Shown: piece after piece, positions 1-7,552 of the stretch
How the letters are laid out: every line of letters begins with the position of its first letter
Position numbering within the stretch: the stretch's first letter is position 1
Origin: Myxococcota bacterium
GTDB taxonomy: Bacteria; Myxococcota; JACRCW01
Length of the DNA: 10,473 bases
Assembly: GCA_040752415.1 (NCBI GenBank)
Contig: JBFMGU010000331.1
Location: 1-10,473, forward strand
Direction: 5' to 3'
The notes under the pieces: model-generated
What the model was told of the DNA's origin: nothing
Database searches by the model: none
The model's input: only the letters and a program-made list of their open reading frames with translations
Made by a program: the position numbers and the translations under genes

Positions 1-125
1 TGCACAATGGGCGGGGCCCCCTCCGTCAAGCTCGCGCTCAACCTGTCGACGGAAGCACTCGTCGTCGCAGGCGGTGGCCACCCGCTCCTCGACAAATGGC
101 ACAGCGGTCCACTACTGCTCATCCC

Positions 126-1355
126 ATGGCAAACGGGCTGCGCTTCTGTCCGGCTTGTGCCTCGCGCACCGACGACAATCCGTGTTCCCGGTGCGGCCGC
201 GCCACGCTTCCCGCCATCCTGCAGGATCGTTACGAGCTGACGGGTCCCCTGGACGCCGACGGACTGGGGCTGCTCCGCGCCGTGGCGTTGCAGCGCAACG
301 GCGATGAGGTGGCCATCCGTCTGCTGGAGCCGCGCCCTCCCGACGTGCTGACACGTTTTGCCGAGCAGGCGCGCACGTTGTCGGAGGTGCAGCACGCCAA
401 CCTGCAGCGGACCCTGGACGGCGGCGTCACCCCCGACGGTCTCCCCTGGCTCTGCACCGAGCCTCCCGCGGGTCGCCCCCTGGGACAGGAGATCTCCGTC
501 GGCGGGAAGATGACGTTGGAGCGCGCGCTCAGCCTGGCCACCCAGACGTTGAAGGCGTTGCACGAGCTGCACAGCGCCGGTCTGGTCCACGGCAACGTCA
601 CCCCCACGACGGTGCGCGTGGTGAAGGACGGCGTGCGCGACGTGGTGAAGCTGGGTGGCGCCGGCGCCGCGGTGCTGGCTTCCCGCACGCCCCCTCCCGA
701 CGAGCGCGCGGACATCCACGCCGTGGGCCTGCTGGTCTACGAGATGCTCACCGGCGCGCTGCTGCCCCGTGGCGAGGGCGGCCTGCCCCAGGGGGAGCTG
801 TTGCCGGTGGCGCGCCACCGCGTGGACCTCGCCGACAAGCCGCACGTGCAGGAGGTGCTCAACACGCTGCTGGCCCGTCGGGTGGAAGACCGTCCGGTGA
901 GCGCGCTGCACGCCATCAGTGTGCTGCAGAAGCTCCTGCCCGCCCCCACCGACCTGTCCAACCCGCACCTGCTCGCGCTGGAGACCACCGACTTCCGCAT
1001 CCTGCAGCAGGAGCTCAAGGCGCGCAGCACCGCGGCTCCCACCTCGTCACGCTCCCGCGGCACGGTGGCGGCGTGGCTCGCGGGCCTGGCGTGCGGCGGC
1101 GTGCTGACCGCGTTCCTCATCGGCCGCGGCGGGGACCGCGTGACGGTGCAGGTGCAGAGCCGTCCCGCGGCGGCGCGGATCAGCATCAATGGTCGCGCGG
1201 TGGGGACCACGCCGCTGCGCCACCCGCTCCCGCGCGGCACCACGCCCGTCACCATCACGTTGGAGAAGGAAGGCTTCCAGACCGTGACGCAGCAGCTCGT
1301 CCCGTCGGAGGATCGCACCCTGGAAGTGGAGCTGCCCGCGACCCCCGCGCGCTGA
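126..1355 (+). CDS. Membrane-anchored Hanks-type Ser/Thr kinase-like protein (probable pseudokinase) with N-terminal Zn-ribbon and C-terminal PEGA domain
   Basis: ORF 96..1355; ATG at 126 preferred as it directly precedes CPAC-x8-CSRC (147-194). Kinase-fold remnants are RYEL, EVAIRLL, RFAEQARTL, HANL, LHELHSAGLVHGN, VVKL and ADIHAVGLLVYEMLTG. A hydrophobic helix (VAAWLAGLACGGVLTAFLIG) is followed by a PEGA-like VQSRPAAARISING..VGTTPL..ITLEKEGF. Confidence 0.85.
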   Translation: MANGLRFCPACASRTDDNPCSRCGRATLPAILQDRYELTGPLDADGLGLLRAVALQRNGDEVAIRLLEPRPPDVLTRFAEQARTLSEVQHANLQRTLDGGVTPDGLPWLCTEPPAGRPLGQEISVGGKMTLERALSLATQTLKALHELHSAGLVHGNVTPTTVRVVKDGVRDVVKLGGAGAAVLASRTPPPDERADIHAVGLLVYEMLTGALLPRGEGGLPQGELLPVARHRVDLADKPHVQEVLNTLLARRVEDRPVSALHAISVLQKLLPAPTDLSNPHLLALETTDFRILQQELKARSTAAPTSSRSRGTVAAWLAGLACGGVLTAFLIGRGGDRVTVQVQSRPAAARISINGRAVGTTPLRHPLPRGTTPVTITLEKEGFQTVTQQLVPSEDRTLEVELPATPAR

Positions 1356-1374
1356 AGCATGTGAAGGAAGGTTG

Positions 1375-2568
1375 ATGTCCGGTCCCGCCAGCAACACCTA
1401 CCGCGTCCTCATCATTGACTGGGACACCACGCACACCCAGGTGCTGCAGGACTTCCTGCTCACCCGCAACATCACCGTGGTCACCGCCACCGACGGAAAG
1501 AGCGCCTGGACGGAATTCACCCGCAGCGCCCCCGACGTGGTGCTCATGGAGGTGGAGCTCAAGAAGCTGCCCGCCACCGACCTCCTCAACATGATCCGCG
1601 CGCACCTGATGCGCTCGGCCACGCCGGTGCTCTTGATGTCCTCCACGCTGCGCACCGAGCGCGACGAGGAGGAGCTGGCCGCCAAGCTCAAGGTGGAGGG
1701 CGCGCTGCGCAAGCCGGTGGCCCCGCGGGAGCTGATGCGCCGCATGGACGACGTGGTGGCCAAACGGCGTCGTCGCCCGGAGAGCGCGGCGCCCGCCGGC
1801 CCGTCCCGCACGGAGAGCCGCATGCCCGCGGTGACCGCGCCGCCGGCGCGCCCGCGCGGGGAAGGATTCGGCACGCCGGTCACCGCTCCCGGCTCACCGC
1901 GGCGCGGCGCCTTCGACACGCCGCCCACCGTGCCCGGCGGTCCCGGCGCACCCAAGCTCGTCACGTCGCCACCGCCGCCGGCACCGGCGCGCAACATGAC
2001 GCCGCAACCCATCGAGTTCGGCACGCCCACCACGGCGCCTGGTCGTCGCAGCGCCGCCGCCCCGCCGGCCCCCACGACGCCACCCCGCCTGGAGCACCGC
2101 GCGGTCTACTCCGGTTCCAGCCTCAGTGGTGCGGTGGATGTGATGCCCGGCAGTGAGCGTCCCCCGCCCGCCCCCGTCGTCGACGAGTCCACCAGCCGCA
2201 ACCCCAGCCCGCCGCCCGCTCCCGTCGAGGAGCCCGCACCACTCGACGCGCTGAGCAGCTTTGTCCTCCAGTTCCTGGCCGGTCCCTACGTGGGCCGGGA
2301 GTTCCCGCTCTCCCGCGGCGCCACGGCCACGGTGGGCCGCAGCCCGGACACGGAGATCTTCCTCGACGACAACATGGTGAGCCGTCGCCAGGCCACCATC
2401 AGCGTGGAGGGCTCCGGGGTGATGCTCAAGGACCTGGGCAGCACCAACGGCACCTACGTCAACGGGCAGCGCGTCACCGAGCACCGGCTGCAGCACGGCG
2501 ACAAGATCGTCATTGGCAACTCCATGATGCGGTTCGCGTGCAACGTCGAGGTCGACGTCGACGTGTGA
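1375..2568 (+). CDS. Atypical response-regulator receiver domain + Pro/Thr-rich linker + C-terminal FHA domain protein
   Basis: Purine-rich RBS-like AAGGAAGG (1364-1371) before TTG 1372/ATG 1375. REC pattern RVLIIDWD..PDVVLME..TPVLLMS..LRKP. FHA pattern TVGRSPDTEIFLDDNMVSRRQA..LKDLGSTNGTYVNG..LQHGDKIVIG. Confidence 0.88.
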   Translation: MSGPASNTYRVLIIDWDTTHTQVLQDFLLTRNITVVTATDGKSAWTEFTRSAPDVVLMEVELKKLPATDLLNMIRAHLMRSATPVLLMSSTLRTERDEEELAAKLKVEGALRKPVAPRELMRRMDDVVAKRRRRPESAAPAGPSRTESRMPAVTAPPARPRGEGFGTPVTAPGSPRRGAFDTPPTVPGGPGAPKLVTSPPPPAPARNMTPQPIEFGTPTTAPGRRSAAAPPAPTTPPRLEHRAVYSGSSLSGAVDVMPGSERPPPAPVVDESTSRNPSPPPAPVEEPAPLDALSSFVLQFLAGPYVGREFPLSRGATATVGRSPDTEIFLDDNMVSRRQATISVEGSGVMLKDLGSTNGTYVNGQRVTEHRLQHGDKIVIGNSMMRFACNVEVDVDV

Positions 2569-2578
2569 GAGCAGGCTG

Positions 2579-3799
2579 ATGACCCGCACCATCATCCACG
2601 TGGACATGGACGCGTTCTACGCGTCGGTGGAGCAACGGGATGATCCGCGGCTGCGCGGCAAGCCGGTCATCGTCGGGGGACATCCCACGCGCGGCGTGGT
2701 GCTGGCGGCTTCCTACGAGGTGCGTCCGTTCGGCGTGCGCTCCGCCATGCCCATGAGCCAGGCGGTGCGTCGCGCGCCCCACGCCGTGGTGGTGCCGCCG
2801 CGCTTCGAGGCCTACGCCACCGCGAGCGAGGAGGTGTTCCAGATCCTGGAGTCGGTCACACCGCTGGTGGAGCCGCTCTCCCTCGACGAAGCCTTCCTCG
2901 ACGTCACCGGCTCGCTCGCGCTCTTTGGCACCGGCGCACGGATTGCCACCAACCTGCGCACGCGCATCGCGCGGGAGGTGAACCTGCCGGCCTCCGCGGG
3001 GATTGCCGCGGTGAAGATGGTGGCCAAGATCGCCTCGGACCTGGCCAAGCCCAATGGGCAGAAGGAGGTGCCCGCCCACGAGACGCTGAGCTTCCTGGCC
3101 GCGCTCCCCGTCGGGAGGTTGTGGGGCGTGGGTCCACGCATGGAGGAGACGCTGCACGGCATGGGCATCCGCACCGTGGGCCAGATTGCCGCGCAGGACC
3201 CCGGCTTCCTCGAGGAGAAGCTGGGCAGCATGGGGCGGCACCTCCATGACCTGGCCACCGGAGTCGACGAGCGCGACGTGGTCCCGGACCGTGCCGCCAA
3301 GAGCATTGGCGCGGAGGACACCTTCCCCGACGACCTGCGTGGTGCCGACGCGTTGCTCCCTCACATCCACGCGCAGGCGCTGCGGGTGGGACGGCGGTTG
3401 CGGCGCTCCGGGACCCGGGCGGGCGCGGTGCAACTGAAGCTCAAGGACACCGACTTCAAGCTCATCACCCGCCGCAAGACCCTGGACGCCCCCACCGACG
3501 ACGGACAAGCGCTGTTCCGCGCCGCCCGGGAGCTGCTCGAGCGCACCCCGCTCCCCAAGGCCATCCGCCTCACCGGTGTCTCGGCGCAGGAGCTGCTTGG
3601 AGACGCGGGACAACTGCCGCTGTTCGACGCCAAGGCGCAGAAGAACAGCCGGCTCAACGCCGCGCTCGACGCCATTGTGCAGCGCTACGGCTCCAAGGCG
3701 GTGACCACCGCGGACGTGGCGGACCTCGAGGAATACGTCGACGAACGCGACCGCGCGGCCGGCGCCTCCAACCTGGACTTCCCGCGCAAGCCGCGTTGA
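2579..3799 (+). CDS. dinB: DNA polymerase IV (Y-family translesion polymerase)
   Basis: Motifs IIHVDMDAFYASVEQRD, ASYEVRPFGVRSAMP, SLDEAFLD, AKIASDLAKPNG and LWGVG. Beta-clamp motif QLPLF at 3611-3625. Confidence 0.97.
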   Translation: MTRTIIHVDMDAFYASVEQRDDPRLRGKPVIVGGHPTRGVVLAASYEVRPFGVRSAMPMSQAVRRAPHAVVVPPRFEAYATASEEVFQILESVTPLVEPLSLDEAFLDVTGSLALFGTGARIATNLRTRIAREVNLPASAGIAAVKMVAKIASDLAKPNGQKEVPAHETLSFLAALPVGRLWGVGPRMEETLHGMGIRTVGQIAAQDPGFLEEKLGSMGRHLHDLATGVDERDVVPDRAAKSIGAEDTFPDDLRGADALLPHIHAQALRVGRRLRRSGTRAGAVQLKLKDTDFKLITRRKTLDAPTDDGQALFRAARELLERTPLPKAIRLTGVSAQELLGDAGQLPLFDAKAQKNSRLNAALDAIVQRYGSKAVTTADVADLEEYVDERDRAAGASNLDFPRKPR

Positions 3800-3831
3800 C
3801 GTTGCGCGTGCTTCTCGTCGAGGATCGGCGC

Positions 3832-4395
3832 ATGCGCATCAGATGGAGGTCCTGCCTCGCCATGGCGTGGTTGTGCGCCTGCCAGGCGGCGGGAGCAGCG
3901 GACGACAACGGCACGCTCACCGCGGAGTTCTCCGACGTGGTGGGAGCCAACGTGGGCACGGAGACGTTCAGTGGCGAGGAGACCGCGGGGGAGTCGGAGC
4001 AAGACGGCGCGGGTCGGCCCGCCACGCTGATCACCGCCACCGACGCCGACGGGAAACGCCAGCTCAACCTCACGCTGGTGGGAGCGCTGCAGAACGGCGC
4101 GAGGTTCCGGCTCGTCGGCGAGGGGCGGCCCGCGGGCAACGGGCTGGGCCAGCTCTTCCTGCTCTCCGCGACCGAGGGAGAGGAGACGCCGCGCACCTGG
4201 CAGGCCAGCGCCGGGGAGGTGGTGGTGCGCGACGTGGCGGACGGCACGCTCACCTTCGAGTTCTCCGACGCCACCATGCTGCCCACCTCCGACCAGGGAA
4301 ACGGCGCGACGGGAACGTTCACGCTGCGCGGCTCGGGCACCATCACCAACGTCAATGGACTCACCGTCGCAACCAGCACCGACGGAGGGACGTGA
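3832..4395 (+). CDS. Hypothetical beta-rich secreted protein, probable lipoprotein
   Basis: GAGGA (3820-3824) precedes ATG 3832. N-terminus MRIRWRSCLAMAWLCAC has a basic n-region, a short h-region and a lipobox-like Cys. Codon usage is GC3-rich and the mature part is Gly/Thr-rich with alternating beta-strand patterns. No family recognised. Confidence 0.7.
   Translation: MRIRWRSCLAMAWLCACQAAGAADDNGTLTAEFSDVVGANVGTETFSGEETAGESEQDGAGRPATLITATDADGKRQLNLTLVGALQNGARFRLVGEGRPAGNGLGQLFLLSATEGEETPRTWQASAGEVVVRDVADGTLTFEFSDATMLPTSDQGNGATGTFTLRGSGTITNVNGLTVATSTDGGT
3908..4270 (+). repeat. Intragenic 30-bp direct repeat pair
   Basis: ACGGCACGCTCACCgcgGAGTTCTCCGACG (3908-3937) and ACGGCACGCTCACCttcGAGTTCTCCGACG (4241-4270) are 27/30 identical, in frame and 333 nt apart. 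Confidence 0.8.
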
Positions 4396-4396
4396 G

Positions 4397-5017
4397 ATGC
4401 GCGCATCCTTCCGTGTTCCCGCATTGCTGCTCGCCCTGACGGCGGCGGCGTGCCCCAACCTCTGCCAACCCGCTCCCCCTGAACAGCCGGTCGACGTGTT
4501 CTGTCGCGCATTCTCCGGCGAGATCTCCGGGGACCCGGTGGCGGAGATCGGCACCGGCGCGAGCGAGTTTGTCCCCGTGGCGGAAGGCGGACGGTGGCAG
4601 GCGGGCTCCGGCACGCAGGGCGGCCAACACCTCTGGCTCAGCGTACGCACCGAGGGCCTGGGGCCGCAGGTGAAGGTCAGCTACCGCACCCTGGAGCTCG
4701 ACGGTGGCGTCATCAACGCGGGCTTCCCCGTCTCGCGCTGTCTCAACGGGCGGGAGAATGACCAGGTGGTGGTGGGGCTCACGGCCTTCCTGGAAGGACC
4801 GCCGGATTACTGCTCGCGCGAGCTGTGCGGAGGTCCGTTCGCCTTCGAGGTCGACGTCACCGACAACAAGGGTCACCGCGCCTCGGACCGAAGGAGCGTG
4901 TCCGGGGTGGACTTCAGCGGTGGCACGCCCCCGGAGTGCGACGGTGGTCCCAGCGCGCAGGCCATCTGCGAGGGGACCTTCGTCGGGGACGCGGGGAGTG
5001 ACGACGGGGGATTCTGA
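4397..5017 (+). CDS. Hypothetical Cys-rich lipoprotein
   Basis: GGAGG (4384-4388) precedes ATG 4397, 1 nt after the upstream stop. Signal MRASFRVPALLLALTAAAC ends in a lipobox. It has 8 Cys and the segment EIGTG..F.P..EG....G.QGG.H, which resembles uncharacterised myxobacterial lipoproteins (from memory, not checked). Confidence 0.72.
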   Translation: MRASFRVPALLLALTAAACPNLCQPAPPEQPVDVFCRAFSGEISGDPVAEIGTGASEFVPVAEGGRWQAGSGTQGGQHLWLSVRTEGLGPQVKVSYRTLELDGGVINAGFPVSRCLNGRENDQVVVGLTAFLEGPPDYCSRELCGGPFAFEVDVTDNKGHRASDRRSVSGVDFSGGTPPECDGGPSAQAICEGTFVGDAGSDDGGF

Positions 5018-5032
5018 CCGCTCCGAGCGAAA

Positions 5033-5049
5033 GCGGTACTTCATACCGC
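5033..5049 (-). terminator. Short hairpin between convergent genes; possible weak terminator for the E1 gene
   Basis: On the - strand GCGGTA-TGAAG-TACCGC is followed by only TTT, about 20 nt after the E1 stop. Confidence 0.3.
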
Positions 5050-5071
5050 AGTCCGAAAGGCTGGCGCCGGG

Positions 5072-7552
5072 TCAGAAGAACGACGGGAAACGCGCGGGGT
5101 CCGACTCGTTCATCAGATCCCACACCGCCTCGAAGATCGTCTCGCGGTTGGGCTTGGACCAGTAGTCCCCGTCGGAGCCGTAGGCCGGACGGTGCTCCTT
5201 GGCGGCCAACGTGCGCGGCGGCGAATCCAGCCACTGCCACCCACCCTGCACCTCCAACACCTGCTGCATCATGAAGCCCGTGGTGCCGCCCGGCACATCC
5301 TCGTCGACAAACAGGATGCGGTTGGTCTTCTTCAGCGACTCCACGATCCGCCCCTTCACGTCAAACGGCAGCAGCGTCTGCACATCCACCACCTCCACGC
5401 TGATACCGGACTCCTGCAGCAACTCCGCCGCCTCCAGCGCCAACCGGCAGCACGCGCCGTAGGTCACCAGCGTGACGTCGGAACCCTCGCGCAGCACCTC
5501 GGGCTCGCCCAGCGGAACCGTGAACTCACCCACGTTCTGCGGCAGCTTCTCCTTCATGCGGTAGCCGTTGAGCACCTCCACCACCACCGCCGGGTCGTCG
5601 CTCTGCAAGAGCGTGTTGTACATGCCCGCGGCCTGCACCATGTTGCGCGGCACACACACGTGCATCCCCCGCACGAGATGGATGATCCCCGCCATGGGCG
5701 AGCCGGAGTGCCACACCCCCTCGAGCCGATGCCCGCGCGTGCGCACAATCACCGGCGCCGCCTGGCCGGCGCGCGTGCGCCAACGCACCGTCGCCAGGTC
5801 GTCGCTCATGATCTGCAGCGCGTAGAGGATGTAGTCCAGGTACTGGATCTCGGCGATGGGGCGCAGCCCGCGCATGGCCGCGCCAATGGCCTGGCCCAGG
5901 ATGGTGCACTCGCGAATGCCGGTGTCGCTCACGCGCAAGGCGCCGTGCTTCTCCTGCAGCCCCGCGCACCCCTGGTTCACGTCGCCCAGGCGGCCCACGT
6001 CCTCACCCATGATGAACAGCTCGGGCACGCGCTTGAGCGCCGCGTCAAAGCACGCGTTGATCACCTCGAAGCCGTTCAGGCTCGTCGCGCTCTCGCCGTA
6101 GACCGCAGGAATGCGGGGCGCGCGCAGCGCGGCACGCGGGCTGGTGCTGTAGAGGTCGGCGCCGTAACGCTCATCCCCCAGCGCCACCTGCTTGCGACGC
6201 CACACCGCCAGGCGCGTGCGCGCCTCGCTCTCGTCGGCACGCGCGGCAATCAACGCGCCGCTCACCGCCCGCACGATGTCCCGTCGGAACGGATTGAGCG
6301 CGGCTGCCAGCGCGTCGCGCTCCTTGCGCACGGCGGCGGCGGAGCGGGTGTGCGCGGCCACCTCGTCCATCAGCGCCAGCGCCTCCTTCACCTCGTCGTC
6401 GATGGGGTGGCGGTAGTCCTCCCACGCCTTGAGTTGGACGTCGCGCACCAGCGCCTTGTCCTCCTCCTCCCAGCGGTCCAGCTCGACGTCGGTGGCATAC
6501 CCCTGCGCCACCATCCACTGACGCATGCGCCGGAGGCAGTCGAACTCCTCCTCCCACTTGAGACGCTCCTTGCTCTTGTACCGCTCGTGGCTGCCGCTGG
6601 TGGAATGCCCCTGCGGCTGCGTCACCTCCACCACGTGCACCAGCGTTGGCACATGCTCGGCGCGGGCCAGCGCCGCGGCCTTCTCATACGTCTCGCACAG
6701 CGCCGCGTAGTCCCACGCCTTGACGACGAAGATCTCGAACCCGCTGCGCTCCCCCGGCTTGCGCTGGAACCCGCGCAGCACCTCCGAGATGTTGCCCTTG
6801 GTGATCTGCAGCTCGTTGGGGACGCTGATGCCATAGCCGTCGTCCCACACGCTCATCACCACCGGCGCCTGCACCACGCCCAGCGCGTTGAGCGACTCCC
6901 AGAACATGCCCTCCGCGCAGGAGGCGTTGCCAATGGTGCCCCACGCCACCTCGTTCCCGCCGTGCGAGAAGCGGGTGAAACCCTTGAGCACCTCCACCTC
7001 GCGGAACAGCTTGGAGGCGTAGGCCAGGCCCACCAGGCGGGGCATCTGCGAGCCGGTGGGGGAGACGTCGGCGGAGCAGTTGTAGATGTCCGCCAGGTTC
7101 TTCCAGCTGCCGTCGTCGTTGAGCGTGCGCGTGGCAAAGTGACCGTTCATCTGCCGCCCGCCGCTGGCCGGGTCCGCGCTCAGGTCGGTGTTGGCGTAGA
7201 GCTGGGCAAAGAACTCCGAGAGGTTGCTCATCCCGGTGGCGAACATGAAGGTCTGGTCGCGGTAGTAGCCGGAGCGGAAGTCACCCTTGCGGAAGGCCCG
7301 CGCCATGGCCAGCTGCGGGACCTCTTTCCCGTCGCCAAAGATGCCGAACTTGGCCTTGCCGCTCAGCACCTCCTTGCGGCCGATCAGCGAGGCCTGCCGG
7401 CTCTGGAAGGCCAGGCGGTAGTCGCGGATGACCTCGTCCTTCTGGAAGGCGGGCGTGGCGGTCTCGTCGTTGGGCCGCGCGCCCCGTCGCCAGTTCTTGC
7501 TGGACGGACTCTGGTTCCCCCGCTCTGCCTCGCGTTCCGGAGCTGTTCTCAT
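5072..7552 (-). CDS. 2-oxoacid dehydrogenase E1 component, fused alpha+beta subunits (TPP-dependent; branched-chain/pyruvate dehydrogenase-like)
   Basis: 826 aa. Alpha part has GYYRDQ, SGGRQMNGHF, the TPP-site variant GNASCAEG..WDDGYGIS and GHSTS. Beta part has MGEDVG, DTGIRECTILGQAIGAAMRGLRPIAEIQYLDY, EGSDVTLVTYG and VEVVDVQTLLPFD. The exact start is uncertain (GGAGGT is 15 nt upstream of ATG 7552). Confidence 0.93.
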   Translation of the reverse strand: MRTAPEREAERGNQSPSSKNWRRGARPNDETATPAFQKDEVIRDYRLAFQSRQASLIGRKEVLSGKAKFGIFGDGKEVPQLAMARAFRKGDFRSGYYRDQTFMFATGMSNLSEFFAQLYANTDLSADPASGGRQMNGHFATRTLNDDGSWKNLADIYNCSADVSPTGSQMPRLVGLAYASKLFREVEVLKGFTRFSHGGNEVAWGTIGNASCAEGMFWESLNALGVVQAPVVMSVWDDGYGISVPNELQITKGNISEVLRGFQRKPGERSGFEIFVVKAWDYAALCETYEKAAALARAEHVPTLVHVVEVTQPQGHSTSGSHERYKSKERLKWEEEFDCLRRMRQWMVAQGYATDVELDRWEEEDKALVRDVQLKAWEDYRHPIDDEVKEALALMDEVAAHTRSAAAVRKERDALAAALNPFRRDIVRAVSGALIAARADESEARTRLAVWRRKQVALGDERYGADLYSTSPRAALRAPRIPAVYGESATSLNGFEVINACFDAALKRVPELFIMGEDVGRLGDVNQGCAGLQEKHGALRVSDTGIRECTILGQAIGAAMRGLRPIAEIQYLDYILYALQIMSDDLATVRWRTRAGQAAPVIVRTRGHRLEGVWHSGSPMAGIIHLVRGMHVCVPRNMVQAAGMYNTLLQSDDPAVVVEVLNGYRMKEKLPQNVGEFTVPLGEPEVLREGSDVTLVTYGACCRLALEAAELLQESGISVEVVDVQTLLPFDVKGRIVESLKKTNRILFVDEDVPGGTTGFMMQQVLEVQGGWQWLDSPPRTLAAKEHRPAYGSDGDYWSKPNRETIFEAVWDLMNESDPARFPSFF

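Noticed and set aside
1..125. Possible gene fragment at the left edge (+ ORF 7..240, or a - strand GTG start after GAGGAG)
   Set aside because: Too short and motif-free to decide without flanking sequence.
2540..2580. GTCGAC-type palindromic repeats before dinB as a possible SOS operator
   Set aside because: They are explained by the coding repeat VEVDVDV and do not resemble a LexA box I recognise.
2510..4650. Long - strand ORFs (2510..3613, 3654..4511, 3685..4650)
   Set aside because: They overlap dinB and the lipoprotein genes, which have better motifs, RBSs and signal peptides.
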